Shown here: in pieces, positions 50,870-64,000 of the stretch
How positions within the stretch are numbered: position 1 is the first letter of the stretch
Layout of the letters: every line of letters begins with the position of its first letter
Notes under the pieces: model-generated
Told to the model about the DNA's origin: nothing
What the model saw: only the letters and a program-made list of their open reading frames with translations
The model's database searches: none
Source: Mobula hypostoma
Lineage: Eukaryota
Length of the DNA: 64,000 bases
Assembly: GCF_963921235.1 (NCBI RefSeq)
Contig: NC_086097.1
Coordinates: 76,944,001-77,008,000, forward strand
Direction of reading: 5' to 3'
Translations under genes and position numbers: made by a program

Positions 50870-53815
50870 AGTCACAGAGTCATAGAGCGATAGAGCATAG
50901 ATGTAGGCTACTCACCCCAGCGAATCCATGCCAGTGATGGTACCCACCCATTTCCCTTTGTTTGACCCAAATCTCTCTAAGCCCCTCCCCTCCAAGTACC
51001 TATCCAAGTGTTTCTTAAACAATACTGTTGTACTGTCACAAACACTTCTTCTGGCAATCTCTTCCATATATTCACCATCCTCTGTATGTAAAAGATGTCT
51101 CTCAGGTCCTTTTTATATCTGTCCTCTTTCACTCTAAATTTATGCCCCCAGCTTTGATCTCCCCTATCATGAGGGAAAGACTATTACCATCCACCTTAAC
51201 TGTGCCTCTCATAATTTTAAACATTCCTCTAGGTCATCCCTCATTCCTACACTGGATTGACTTTCAGAAATGCATCACTTCACACTTGTCTATATTGAAA
51301 TCTATTTGCCATTCTTTGATCCATCTTTTTAATTGAATGAGATCCCTCTGTAATCTACAATAACCCTACTCATTATCAACAATACCTCCTAATTTCATGT
51401 CATCCACAAACCTACAGATCAAACCTTGTGCATTCACATCCAGATTATTTACATACTGTATGGCACTAGTTTCAGGCCTTCGTTCCAAGAAACAATCTTA
51501 ACCACCATCTTTTCTTCTTACCTCTGAACCAATTTTGAATCCACCTAACTAGATGTCCCTGGTTTCTGTGGAACATAGCCTTCCAGACCAGCTACCATGC
51601 AGGACCTTGTCAAAGGCCTTGCTAAAGTCCATATAGTCAACACCCACTGTCCTACTCTCATCTATCTTTCTTGGTCATCTCTTTTAAAAACTCTGAAAGG
51701 CTCAACAAGCATGACTTTCCACACATAAAGCTTTGCTGCCTCCTAATCAGACCATCTATCCAAATTGTTGCTAGATCCTGTCCTTCAGAATTTCCTGCAG
51801 TAACTTCCTCACTAATGATGTCAGGCTGACTGGCCTATAGTTCGATGTTTGTCCTTGATATATTTCTTAAACAACAGAACACCATTACCACCTTCCAGTC
51901 TTTGGGAACCTCATCAGTAGGCTTAGTGATGAAACGCGTATCTCCACATGGGTCTCTGTAAATTCCTCTTTGACCTCCCATCAATTCCAAGGACACACAC
52001 AGTCATGCTCTTGAGGTTTATTCACCTTAATGTGCTGTAAGGCTGCAAATAACTCCTCACTGATAATATGAATGCCCTTCATAATATATCTACTTCTTTC
52101 CAAATCTTTTGAACAACAATATGTATCCTCAGAAAACACCAAGGAGATACATTCATTAAAGGTTCCATCCATCTCCTGTGCTCAAGACATGAGCGGTTCT
52201 GCTAATCTCCAAGGGGACCTATTCTCTCCATAGCCACCCTTTTGCTTTAATATAGCTGTAGGACCTCTTGAGATGGTCTTTAACTTTATCTGCTAGATCC
52301 ATCTCATACCATCTCTCTGCCCTCCTGATTTCCCTCTTAAGAGTACTTGTAATCTTTTTATAGACATCAGGAGGTTCACTTGGTCCAACCTTATAGAACA
52401 TAGAACATAGAAATCTACAGCACATTACAGGCCCTTTGGCCCACAATGTTATACTGACCATGTAACCTATTCTGGAAGCTGCCTAGGATTACCCTACTGC
52501 ATAGCCCTCTATTTTTCTAAGCTCCATGTACCTATCTAAGAGTCTCTTAAAAGACACAATTGTATCCGCTTCCACCACTGTCGCCGGCAGTGCATTCCAC
52601 ACACCCACTACTGTTTGGTGAAAAACTTACCTCTAACATCCTTCTGTACCTACTTTCAAGCACTTTAAAACAATGCCCCCTCATGTTAGTTATTTCAACC
52701 CGGGAGAAAGCCTCTGGCTATCCACATGATCAATGCCTCTCATCATTTTATACACCTATAAACCCATCATCTTATAAACCCAATATATGCTTCACAAACA
52801 AAAGAAAATCTGCAGATGCTGGAAATCAAAGTAGTACACACAAAATGCTGAAGGAACTCAGCAGGCCAGGCAGCATCTATGGAAAACAGTACTGTCAATG
52901 TTTCAGGGCAAGATGCTTCATCAGAACTGCAGTCTCGGGCCAAAACATTGACTGTTTACTCTTTTCCATAAATGCCGCCTGGCCTGCTGAGTTCCTCCAG
53001 CATTTTGCGTGTACTACAATATATGATTCCTCCTTTTACTTGACCAGAGCCGCAATATCTCTCATCAGTCTGTGTTCCTTAAAGTTGCCAGTTTTATCGT
53101 TCACCCTAACAGGATCATGCTGCTCCTGTAAACTTGCTATCACACTCTTAAAAGCCTCCTGCTTACCATTCATTCCTTTCCCTTCAAAGAGGTTCACTTT
53201 CTAATTGCCCCAAATTAGCCCTGGTTCACTTTAGGATGCCATCCTCTGGAACTGTCCCATCCTTTCCATCACTATCTTAAAACTAATGGAATTATGATCA
53301 TGAGAGCCCAAGTGTTTCAAGACTTCCAGTTCAGTTATTCTCCCTGCTCTGTTCCCTAGGTGACGGCCCAAGCAGGACCCTTTATATATTGACTCAGCAA
53401 ACTTTCCTGGATGTATTTCTCAAATTCCACTTCATCCAGGCCCTTAACAATCTGGGTGACCCAGTCAGTACTGGGGAAATTAAAATCTCGCAAAAACAAT
53501 TCTATTATTTTTACAACTATGAGCAATTTCTCTGCACACTTGAAGTTCCTGCTGTCTATTAGGGGATCTATAATGCAGTCACACTAGAGTGTCCCTCTGC
53601 TTTTTTGTTTCTAAGTTCTACCCATATCACCTCATGGACGATCCCCCAAGAATGTCACCTCTGGGTACTACTGTTATGTCCTCCCTATTCAAAAAGGCAA
53701 CTGCTACTCCTCATTCATCCGTACCTCCATCACATCTGCAACATCGGTATCCTGGGATATTGAGCTGCCAGTCCTGCCCTTCTCTCAACTAAATTTTTGC
53801 ATAGCACAGCTGAGA
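50870..53815 (-). mobile_element. Decayed CR1 LINE with a nested CR1 3' end (about 52392-52760) and a nested fold-back
   Basis: Collinear with 14366-17160 by eye. The nested piece starts with an ATAGAACATAGAACATAG tail. Confidence 0.8.
52794..53016. mobile_element. Miniature Penelope-derived fold-back
   Basis: Inverted arms CAAAATGCTGAAGGAACTCAGCAGGCCAGGC / GCCTGGCCTGCTGAGTTCCTCCAGCATTTTG. Flanks CAATATATGCTTC / CAATATATGATTC (candidate 13-bp TSD). Confidence 0.85.
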
Positions 53816-55769
53816 CACAGTATTCCAGATGCTTAATTGTTGAAGAATACACATGATGTTTAAAAGTACTTCCCTTCCAACATTCCATCTTTGAGTTAAA
53901 GTACAAAATTAGGTCAAGCTTGACCAGGCTGGAAAATCTCAGTCTCTTACTCAACAGAGATGGCTCAGTTACTGTAATGTGAATTGGAGTGAAAGAATAA
54001 CACAATGTCACTCCAGATCTCAAACAAAGGCAGGGGTTTCTAAAACCTGTGAAGATCATGTAGGTAAGGTGGTATCAGAAGCCAACCATCACATCTTCTC
54101 ATCTTGGCTTGGTCAAGGAATGATAACTGAACACTGGTGAAAATGCTATAGCTTATTTCAGTAGTTGTTGAAGTTCTGTGCCTTGTGCAGGAGAGAGGGC
54201 ATATAGACCACACTATTAAGTTACACAAGACTTTCCTTTCATGAGGTGAAAGATTGATTGAATCAATACATTTCTGCATGAGCAATTCTCTTGCTTGCCA
54301 TCAAATAGACTGTTTAAAAACTACTGAAGTGACTTCATCATGGAACATTATGTAATGCAGTAGATAAGGCAACCAAAACTTGCTGGTATATTCATTCTTC
54401 ATGCTCTGCTGATTACAATATATCCTGGTTCTGTGAATGTTGAATATTCAACAGATCACCAGATGGCTTTGATGTCTTCAAAGCCAACATTACTCATGCT
54501 ATGAAAGATGGAAGATGGGCTTGTGTAAATTTGCATATTGTTCTTCATCCATTGATTAATAAATTGAAAAATTTGTATTAAAATAACCTTGTCCTGTTTG
54601 ACTTGTGGAAAAATTGTGAAGTGAGCAAAAAGATGCTGATATGTTAACTTCACAAATTATTACATATACGTAAATGCAAAACTACCATTATTTTAACTCC
54701 CACTACCTAAAACCCCACAATGTCTGTACATCTGCTTGATGCATTCACTGAAATATTCATTCTTCCCAATATCTGCAGGGCACATATAATTATAACTACA
54801 TATCAGGATACTGAACAGAATTTTGAACTTATTGACAGAAATAAAAATACACATTTAAGTGTGCAAAGTTGACACCATTTGTGCGCTCTACATTGCACAA
54901 CATCAGAACAATCAATGGTGTAAAATCCTCCAGCAATCATAATTTGTCATTTTCTAATGCCTCATTTGTCGACATGAGTGATCATTTAATCAGATCCAAG
55001 TGACGAGAAGAAATACAATGAACATCCAGCAAAGCCCAAGGTTACTCGACCACCCTTTTAACGTGAATATTTATAACGGATTGTTGCCTCAATGAATATG
55101 AACCAACCAAGGGTTGAAATTAAACTTTGATGTTATTGCTACACAACTATCTTGCTAGGTGATTATTAGGCTTGGACGCGCTTGCAATTCTTTTGTCACT
55201 TGCCAGCCTGTCCATGCATGGTTAAGTGGAAGGATATTAAAATAGTGGCATTTATTTGAAAGTTATTTTGTATAAGTATTACATAGGTTCACTATTAGCT
55301 GTCACATTTCAATTTAATGTAATTCAACAATTCTTAACTTATTTCCTGAGTCAATGGAAGATGAACCAAGTTCCAACTTTAGCTGAAATTTCCACTGAGC
55401 CCATCTGTTTAAAGCCATATCGATCAAAGCCGTATTTCCCTTTGAAAATCAAATTGTCTGTTCTTTTTCCATCAGTTATTTTATATTTTCACAGCAATAG
55501 GCATTTTGGATGTGAGTTTATCCACCTTTAACTGCTCTTCATTCTGCAAACGTGAATTCAGAGGCAGTATGTGTCATGATTTTAAATCAGAATAGTTGCT
55601 ATAGTAGCTCTCTTCAATAGAAATGTCTCTGTGGTAGCGGGGAGAAATTATTCAATGTAAACATTCAGATGTGGCAAGACAAAAATTGTCTGTAAGTGAT
55701 CAAATTAAAAGTTACCTGTGGCTCTGATTAACTGTTATTATATCACAAAATCATTACTTTTTGTTGCAG

Positions 55770-55856
55770 AATTATCTAGCCAGGAATTTCTACAATCTGA
55801 GGCTACTTGCTCTATTTGTGGCATTTGCGATCAATTTCATTCTGCTTTTCTACAAG
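55770..55856 (+). CDS. RYR3: RYR3 exon, S1 helix ([29 protein letters not shown])
   Basis: ttgcag acceptor, gtattg donor, 87 nt, phase 0 to 0. Confidence 0.97.
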
Positions 55857-56247
55857 GTATTGAAAATAGTGTTAGCTCTTGTTATAATGTTACTGCTGCT
55901 TTGCATTATATTTCTCGAGCAACATTGCAAAAATAAGACAAAGTCTATTTCAATAGAACAGCAAGGTTGCGATATTAATATGTTCCTAACCATCAAACAC
56001 CAGTGAAGATTAAATGAATCAGATCATACAGAGTAATCTAAATGGTAATTTTGCTGTGAGTATCCAATGAAAATTAAAGCAGAGGGTGCCATTTGGGCCT
56101 CAGTGATACCAAGATGATTGGGACAGGTCTAGAGAGAGTTCATGCTGGGAAAGATTTTTATGTCATAAGCTTTATGCTTGCAAAAAATCAGCTAAAAAAA
56201 ACAGGAGATCAGTAGTTGGAATTCCCACAGAATTAGGCAGCTAACAT

Positions 56248-56575
56248 GCTGGATGGAGAGCGAGGTGTCTCCCAGTGGAGGTTGGTTGTAGGGGATTCAT
56301 AGCCTGTTCTTTAGTTAGAGCCTTCAGCATTTTGGGCATCAAGGGAGAGAGGAAGAGGAGAGCCATCCGCAGTACCACCGATGCAGCAGAGAGGTCAAGA
56401 TGGCTGTTGCTCAAAAGAGGGGAGCCATGGAGTCATAAGTAGCTAGCCATCTGGACACAAGCTGGGGTCTGATCAGCCCCGGCTGGGTCACCTGGAGGAG
56501 GTTGTATGATGTTGAAAGACCCGAAACACCCGATGATTCCAGGAACATCACTGAAGGTGTGTCCAGAAGCATCAA
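56248..56575 (+). mobile_element. 3' end of a HERO-like (R2-group, restriction-like endonuclease) non-LTR retrotransposon
   Basis: Open frame AGWRARCLPVEVGCRGFIACSLVRAFSILGIKGERKRRAIRSTTDAAERSRWLLLKRGEPWSHK* (stop 56440-56442). The P.EVGCRGF and RWL.LKR motifs are recalled from RLE-type elements. Confidence 0.75.
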
Positions 56576-57861
56576 TAGCTGTATGTACACAGGACTAAAA
56601 GGGAATGGACCTTATTGTGATATTAGAGGTAAAGCTACAGCTGAACTGCAAATATTAACTGCATTCAATGACTGTCAATGCTTTAAACAAAGATGGCATT
56701 AGTGTATGCCTTGTATTTCCAGACATTTGAAGAGAATACAAATTATTCTTAAATATCACCAGTGTCACTTTATATTTTATACATACTCAAATATCTTACT
56801 GCAGAAATTACTAATTAGTAGTTTTTGTTTGTCAAAGCAATATATTCTCTGACATAGAAGAAAGAATTTTTAAAAGAGCATGTTGTAATTAATTACATTT
56901 TGTTATGCATCTGAATAATCTGAGAACTGGCATGTTAAGCCTTGCCACATTGGAAACAACAGGTGGTTTTGGACCCAGGTTTCACATCACATCCAGATTT
57001 GTTGACAGATCAATTGAGATTGATTGCTTTAATTAGTGATTACCACCATTATTATATTTTGAGATTGGAAGAGGCTTGCTAGGAAAACTTTTTTTTTTAC
57101 AAATAGCATTTATTTTCCTTATGGATCAAGTAGGGGGTAGATCTTACATCTGACATTTCTGCTGTTCATGAATTTTATTAATGATTTTAAAATTCAATCT
57201 AATGGGGAAAAAAATCCAAGTTGCCTAATGATATTGTTGGCAGTGTAGGTTCAAGACAGAGTAGCTTCAGGAGAAAATGGACAGCCTATGTGAAGGTAAG
57301 TATATGGCAAGTAAAATATGGTGTAGAAAAATGCAGGGGTGTCCAGTTTTAACCAGCTGGACTGAGGTATTTTGGTTTCTATTTCTCATGTTGTTATGCT
57401 GCTCATCTGGATGGTAGTCAGTAGAAACATTAGTAAGTTATATTCCATAATTGGACTTCAAATTGATCTTAATCAATATGCAGAATCTTTGATTCCATCT
57501 CTGCAACAACGGTATAATATTTTATCCTGAAAATCATAGTTCTAAATCCATGTTCGATATTAAAATCAGAAGGCAGTAAATATGAAAAGTTATACTAAAT
57601 ATATTTATATACACGGAAATGAATTTCAGTAGTAGTGAAAAAAGCTTTATATTTTAAATTTAAAACATTTCAGTTCATAGAAAATCTGCTTTTTTATTAT
57701 TTTCAGAATACAGACAAAACTTATGTTCATTTATTATATTCTGAGCCAGGCACTATCTGGAATAACTTATTTTGATTAGAAACAGAAATTTTGCTCAGGT
57801 TTCATACAATAAGTGTTTGGCCATGAAATCTTTACATTTCAAATCGTTTGCCTATTTCAAG

Positions 57862-58038
57862 GTGACTGAGCCTCCAGATGATGAAGATGTAGAGGATTTC
57901 AGTTTCTGGAATGACGATAATGTGGATTACTACGTGTTACAGGAGACTACAGGATACATGGCCCCAATGCTGACATTTCTTGCAATTATTCACACTATCA
58001 TCTCAATGCTTTGTATCATTGGCTACTACATATTGAAG
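57862..58038 (+). CDS. RYR3: RYR3 exon, luminal loop and S2 helix (VTEPPDDEDV...IIHTIISMLCIIGYYILK)
   Basis: ttcaag acceptor, gtatag donor, 177 nt, phase 0 to 0. Confidence 0.94.
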
Positions 58039-58379
58039 GTATAGTGCAACAATTTCAAGCTCTCTCACTTTCAAAAACATTGTACAGAGATTTATCTCTA
58101 TTAGACTATTTCAGAAAGAAGTTCCAGAAGCCAAACTTTAACCTTTTTTGTCACAAACTGATTCTCAAGATTTGAAAAGCCTAATGGATGCTGGAAAATA
58201 GTATCTGCATGATTCATAATAAAAAAAATCCTGACAAACATAAACACAACAGGAACAAAGAGTTTAATCATATGCAACAAATAAATTGGTAGAGTCCCAC
58301 CTCCATAGCTTCTAACCTGACAGTGCCTCAATTCTTCTTTTATTTTGTCTTGGTGGGCCCATTGTTTCTGCCTTTGCTT

Positions 58380-58745
58380 CCATAACGTCAACTGCCTTGA
58401 TTTCTTTACTCCCCCAGTCAGCCCCAATGTCATCTCCCCCAGTTATTCACTTCACACTAATCGCAACGTAGTCATCAATCCCACAAACAAGGGCAGTGCC
58501 ATTTTAGTCTGGCAGATAGACCTCTATCTTGCAGGTACCAGACAGCAGCTCTCAATACTTCCTCATGCCAATCCCTGGACCATGGCACCACCAATGAACT
58601 CATCAAATCACTAGAGTTCCCCTCCATTAGGTCAGCCTCTAACCTGATAAGTGTTTCAACCATGTACTGCCCGTTGCCCAAAATCCACAGATTGGACTGT
58701 CCTAGCTCCCCCACTGTTTGTGACACTCTGGCCTCATCTATCCTA
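58380..58745 (+). mobile_element. Decayed Penelope RT N-terminal fragment
   Basis: NVVINPTNKGSAILVWQIDLYLAGTRQQLS resembles the PLE I.PADKG..VV......Y..E..RQL motif. Confidence 0.65.
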
Positions 58746-59679
58746 TTTCTTTATTATGCTGCAATGCGCAAGTTTCAACTTTCAGAATATTAGCACCACC
58801 AGTTCCTGCAATTTTGTGGTTCACTCGTTTTGTATATTATTATTCTCATCACTTTGTATATATCCTTTAAGGTTGTCAGAGAAATTTTTGGTTGTAAACC
58901 ATAATTTCAACTGCATGTTACAGAGGTTATCTAATAAAAATACACTTTAGGCAGAGTGTTGTATTAAATTCCTAGTCATAGCCAAAAATTGATGGCTTCT
59001 CCTTTCGATTGTCCATTGTTATCTCTGGACCCCCCCCCACCCCAAAATTCTATTCTTGACCCCCCAATCTGCTTCTTTTGACATCCTATCACATGGCAAT
59101 ATAATCTTAAAACCACAGTGACAGGATTACCTGAAAGCTAACTACACAACATTCTTCTACCTCTAACCAGTTCATTGTCTTTCATCTAATTCCACATTTG
59201 ACCGAGATGGGAGAATATTTCCTCCAGTTAAAAATTGGGTAGACTGAAGCTTCTGCCTTTCATCGCTGTCATAACACGCCAGTCCCTAACCATCAGTTCA
59301 ATAACCCTCACTTGCTATTTTTTCAGTCAGTTTGCAACCATGGCAACCCACTTGAACTGAGCTTCTGACCCTTTATTCTCTTCAGTGAAACGATAGCAAT
59401 TTCAGCCCAAGTAATATTACTTGTCTCCATACCTGCCTCATTCCTCCTGCTCCTGAAACCCTCACTTGCATTTTGTTACCACATGCTTTCTTGGTTCTGT
59501 TTTCATTTCTCAATTCGCGAAAACTTGATGTGATGCAAAACGTGCACTATTGTGCACCATTGCTTCACATCTCAGTCTTGCTTGAGGTTGGTTACATCTG
59601 TTTCCAGTAGGGAAATACATCTCGATTTTAATACTCCTTTCATCATGTTCAAATCTCTCAATGGCTTTCGGATGTGTCA

Positions 59680-60030
59680 GGGGTGCCAATCAAACCCGTG
59701 TACTACTTGTATAGTGAATGGTCGGTTCCTGGGGAGGGTTGTGGGGCAGAGGATCTCAGAGTACAAGTACATAGTTTGCTGAAAGTGGCATCACAGGTAG
59801 AGTGGTGGCCTTGCTGGATCCTCATCAGTCAGGGCACTGAGTACAGATGTTGTGACGTTATGTTGCAGCTGTACATGCCATAATTGAGATTGTGTTTTGC
59901 TTTGTGTAGATAAATACATAGATAGGAGGGGTTTAGAGGGACATTGGCCAAAAGCGAGCAGCTGGGACTACCTTGGTGGGCACCATACACAAGCTGGGCC
60001 CCTTTCCATGCAATAATACTCTATGACTCT
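59680..60030 (+). mobile_element. CR1 3' fragment with deletions
   Basis: EDLRVQVHSLLKVASQV and ISQGTEYR..DVMLQLY segments; ACTCTATGACTCT tail. Confidence 0.7.
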
Positions 60031-60473
60031 TATTGCTATAATCCTCATCAACCCTCTGAGTTCCCCCAGTTTGGCTGGTTTATGCATCTTTTTTCACTGT
60101 CACAATACTGTCTGGCCCATGTCTCACACTTCTGGACCTTACATTCAAAAACAAATTTGCCTTTCCATCACTCTGCTGACCTTCAGGCTGCACCATAAAA
60201 TTTACTTTCCTTTATGTTCTTTATTTTGTCTGGACCAATTCTGTTTTTAGTTTACAGTAGTATGGTTACAAAGAGGGCATTTTTAAATGGAAGTTGTTAT
60301 TGCAATAACATCAATTCTAAATGAAAGCTAATAATGCCTTCCACTATCTCAAGGGTTGAAAGCAAAGGTTATTTGGTCAGTAAGTAATACCTGAAGCATA
60401 CACTGAAACATTCATTTTTCTTGATGACAATAATCTTTGTGCAACTGAATATGGAAACCGGTTTTATTAGTTT

Positions 60474-60699
60474 AACACACACAAAATGCAGGAAGAACTC
60501 AGCAAGTCAAGCAGCATCCATGAAAATGAACAAGCCGTTGACATTTCAGGCTGAGACTCTTCTTCGGTTCTGTCCTAAAGAAAAGTCTCAGCCTCAAACA
60601 TGGACTGTTTATATGTTTCCATAGATGCTGCCTGACTTGCTGAGTTCTTCCAACATGTGTATGTTGCTTTGGATTTCCAGAATCTGCAAAATTTCTCAT
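60474..60699. mobile_element. Miniature Penelope-derived fold-back abutting an RYR3 splice acceptor
   Basis: Inverted arms GGAAGAACTCAGCAAGTCAAGCAGCATC / GATGCTGCCTGACTTGCTGAGTTCTTCC plus a one-sided tail. Flanks TTTTATTAGTTT / TTTTATTAACTT. Confidence 0.85.
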
Positions 60700-60724
60700 T
60701 TTTATTAACTTAATATCTTCAAAG

Positions 60725-60855
60725 GTTCCTCTTGTAGTTTTCAAGCGTGAAAAGGAGATTGCCAGAAAGCTGGAATTTGATGGGCTGTACATAACAGAGC
60801 AACCATCTGATGATGATATTAAAGGACAGTGGGATCGCCTTGTCATCAACACACC
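60725..60855 (+). CDS. RYR3: RYR3 exon ([44 protein letters not shown])
   Basis: caaag acceptor, gtatgt donor, 131 nt, phase 0 to 2. Confidence 0.96.
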
Positions 60856-61765
60856 GTATGTAAAGAGCTCCATTCAAGTTATGCAGTTTGCAGGTCCACA
60901 CAAAACCAGGAGCCATGTCCATTTTGATTAATCGGTATTATGGAAAAACAAGCTGTGCTTCTTAAGAGCTTGTTTTGTTGTCAAATGCTGCCTTACTTTG
61001 GATTCCTTAGTTTGTACAATGACTTGTGGATTGGTAGCTCACTGTTGTCCATTAAGACCACAATGAACAGATGTAAAAGAGCAGAGACTGATGTTCTTTT
61101 TCCTTTTTGTCATCTCCCCACAGCAGTACAGACCAGAAAGAACCATTCACATCCCATAACTTCATTTCTGGTTGAAAATGCTTTTGCATTCAATTAAAAT
61201 GAACTTGCCTTCCCTGTGCAATGCCAATTACACTCAGCCCTTATTATTCACTCATTTACTATTCTCATGGCTACATACTAGTGAGACCCTATCACAATTT
61301 TTCAAATAACAACATCTATGTACATATTGAGGAAATGATTATTTTCTGTATTAATTCAGTGCTGAGGTTCTAGACTATTTGTGTCAGTTGGTTCCCCACT
61401 GTGCTCTACTATAATATAGCATAGTCTTTGTTTTGCACAGTTGCTTCTTCTGATTTCAAAACCCATCACTGCTTGTAAGTTTTAATGAAAGTTGTTTGTT
61501 ATTTAATATCAATTTACACTTAAGTATTTAAATGTTTGAATGTGTTTATTGATCTAATTCTGACAAACTTCATGCACATTATTGACTTCAGTGGGTATAA
61601 AAGAGATCAATCTGAAGACACTTCTCTTTTTGCCATCACCTAAAGAGAAAATTACTTTTGATGGATAGAAAAGGGTGTGCATTGAACTTAAATAGCCAAG
61701 AGGAACTAGCCTTCAATTGAATTACACACCCCACAATTTCTTAAACATTTCTTATACTGTTGCAG

Positions 61766-61808
61766 ATCCTTCCCCAACAATTATTGGGACAAGTTCGTCA
61801 AAAGAAAG
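61766..61808 (+). CDS. RYR3: RYR3 exon (P-SFPNNYWDKFVKRK)
   Basis: ttgcag acceptor, gtaagc donor, 43 nt, phase 2 to 0. Confidence 0.96.
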
Positions 61809-62839
61809 GTAAGCAACATTGACTAGGGTCACTAATAATAGCAAACTATTGGTGTAGTATTAATCATAGCTTCAAATATGCTAAAGTACTTAGAGTGAGT
61901 TAGGTTGTACTATCATCCTTATTATCAGAAAAAATATTTGTAACTCATTTTGCATGCTGTTTCATAAACAGCAAGAACAGAAACTGAAGTTACTCTACTT
62001 TTGATGGTGTTTGTTGAGGGAGCATTGATGGTCAGGATACTGCAGAAACATCTTGCACCTCCAGACAGTTTCAAAATACCCTGATGTGTCCGAGAAAAAT
62101 GTCTCAATTTCACACCTCATATGAAGCAGCATTCACTTTGTATCACAGTAAAATGTAAATTAAGAACATAACAACCAATTTCTCTGACCCTCCACTCCCT
62201 CTGTACCACCACCTTCTTGTATCTGAGCAGTGAATGGACACTAAGTTTAAAGTTTAGTTTCAAAGGAATGTTCATTTTCCTTAGCATAAGTGCTCCCACC
62301 CACCCTCCAGCAGAGAGAAACGTGATAATGACCAGGAGACAAGTCTATAAAAACTGGCCAAAGATCTCTCATCAGTCGGTATTGCAACATGTCTAAAAGC
62401 AGAAATGAGGCTTAGCTCTAAATGAGTGCATCTCAGTCAAAGAAAAACAAAATGAGAAATGCACGACTGATGCCATACTATAAATGACTAAACACACCAT
62501 TTTGCTCCTACGGCAGGCAGAAATATGAACTTTGTTTAAATGCCTGGAAATCTCAAGACATCATGAAGTTGTTGGGAACCCATTCTTATAGTGCCTTAAG
62601 CTATTCTTCTGGTTAATATGCTTTCATACGTTGACCAACTCCATCTCTGTTATCCCATGGCTGTACATGCTATTCAGTAACATTATGCATCTCCTGTTTT
62701 GCATTGTAGTCAAAAATAATTGCTCTTTCCCCATTATGAAGTCTCATGGACCATTTTGACATCATATTAATTCATTTGTGTTTGTTGAAATTACCTACGT
62801 TTGTTTACATACAATTCTGTGACCATTGATGTCTCTCAG

Positions 62840-62967
62840 GTTATTAATAAGTATGGAGACCTTTATGGAGTTGAACGGATTGCAGAGCTCCTGGGTGTGG
62901 ACAGAAGTTCTTTAGATTTTAGTCCCATTGAAAAAGCCCCAGATCAAGAAGCAACACTGTTATCCTG
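62840..62967 (+). CDS. RYR3: RYR3 exon (VINKYGDLYGVERIAELLGVDRSSLDFSPIEKAPDQEATLLS-W)
   Basis: ctctcag acceptor, gtgagt donor, 128 nt, phase 0 to 2. Confidence 0.95.
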
Positions 62968-64000
62968 GTGAGTGAACTTTGAATCCATATTCTTTAACAT
63001 CTTATAGAGAAGAAATCAAAATATAGCTTTAAAATATTTTGATCAAGCTTACAAATTTATGCTGAATTTGATTAGAGCAATATAACTGACTTTCAGCTGA
63101 GCATATTAGTTTCTCATGTGTTCAAACATATTTGTGCAAAGGGGAACTTTGTCTAGAACTATTCAATAATTCGATTTTAAATTAATGTTGGCACTGCCTA
63201 CCCTCTGTTAGTATTTGCTGAAGACTTTAAGTTGATCTTCTATATAGCCTTTGAAAAATTAATTTTATAAGCAGGACATCTGATCAGGTCAAGCCATTGT
63301 GTGTCTGACTAACTGTAAGAATGAAGGAAGAACTATTTATGGACTCTTATTTTGAGGCAGTGACACCCTGTTCTAGACAACCCAGCAGGGTAAACATCAC
63401 TTCATATCCACCCTTCTGGGGAATTTTAACTCATGAACCTTTTTTTGTGCTCCCTTTATTGAAGTTACATCCTCCCCTCATTAGGGAGGCATGACCTGTA
63501 CATAATATTTCCAGATCCAGTTTCACTAGAGTCTGATATAACTAATGTCTTCTTTTAGACTCAAACTGTTAGTAATTAACACCTCCCCAGTTGTTTGTTG
63601 AATTTATATAACTTTCAATGTTTCAGGTTCTTCTGAACATCAAAACCTTTTAATCAATGATTTAATCAGTTTTCCACCTTATTTTTCTTTTCCACTCAAA
63701 GAGGTTGACTTCATGTTTTTCCATATACATTCCACCATCTACATCTTTGCCATTCACTCAGACAGTTCATTTACCAAAAACCACTATATCCCCCTAACAG
63801 CCCATGTGGCCTCTTTAGTATCAACAGCAAAGTTGGATATGCTTCAATTAATCTTATCACTCAACTCATCATTGTGGACTGAATCAGAATAAGTATACTG
63901 TATTTTCACTGACATGTTGTGAGATTTGTTAATTTATGGCAGCAGTACTGTGCAAGGCATAAAATATTACAAAGTCAAAAAATAAATAAATAGTGTGAAA

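Overview
Vertebrate genomic DNA, AT-rich and repeat-laden. The repeat content (CR1, Penelope/Poseidon fold-backs, Rex1/Babar, Tigger, Tc1) suggests a cartilaginous fish, probably a ray; this is inference. The whole window lies inside one + strand ryanodine receptor gene whose sequence is RYR3-type. I traced 24 GT-AG coding exons by hand with consistent splice phases. They run from the calmodulin-binding segment through the Ca2+-activation core, the EF-hands and S1/S2 into the S2-S3 region, giving about 1114 codons when exon B is used. The gene continues beyond both window ends. Splicing points of note are a pair of homologous mutually exclusive exons (1651-1750 and 3171-3267), an 18-nt microexon and tandem in-frame acceptors. 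The introns hold nested transposons. The most striking are a 3.2-kb head-to-head Penelope palindrome with a 12-bp target-site duplication, a family of smaller Penelope fold-backs carrying minimal hammerhead-ribozyme motifs, and a hAT element that appears to have captured the end of a Gypsy LTR retrotransposon. There are no CRISPR arrays, rRNAs or tRNAs that I can support. No wholly new biological system can be claimed from the sequence alone. Repeat boundaries are approximate unless a TSD or TIR is quoted.
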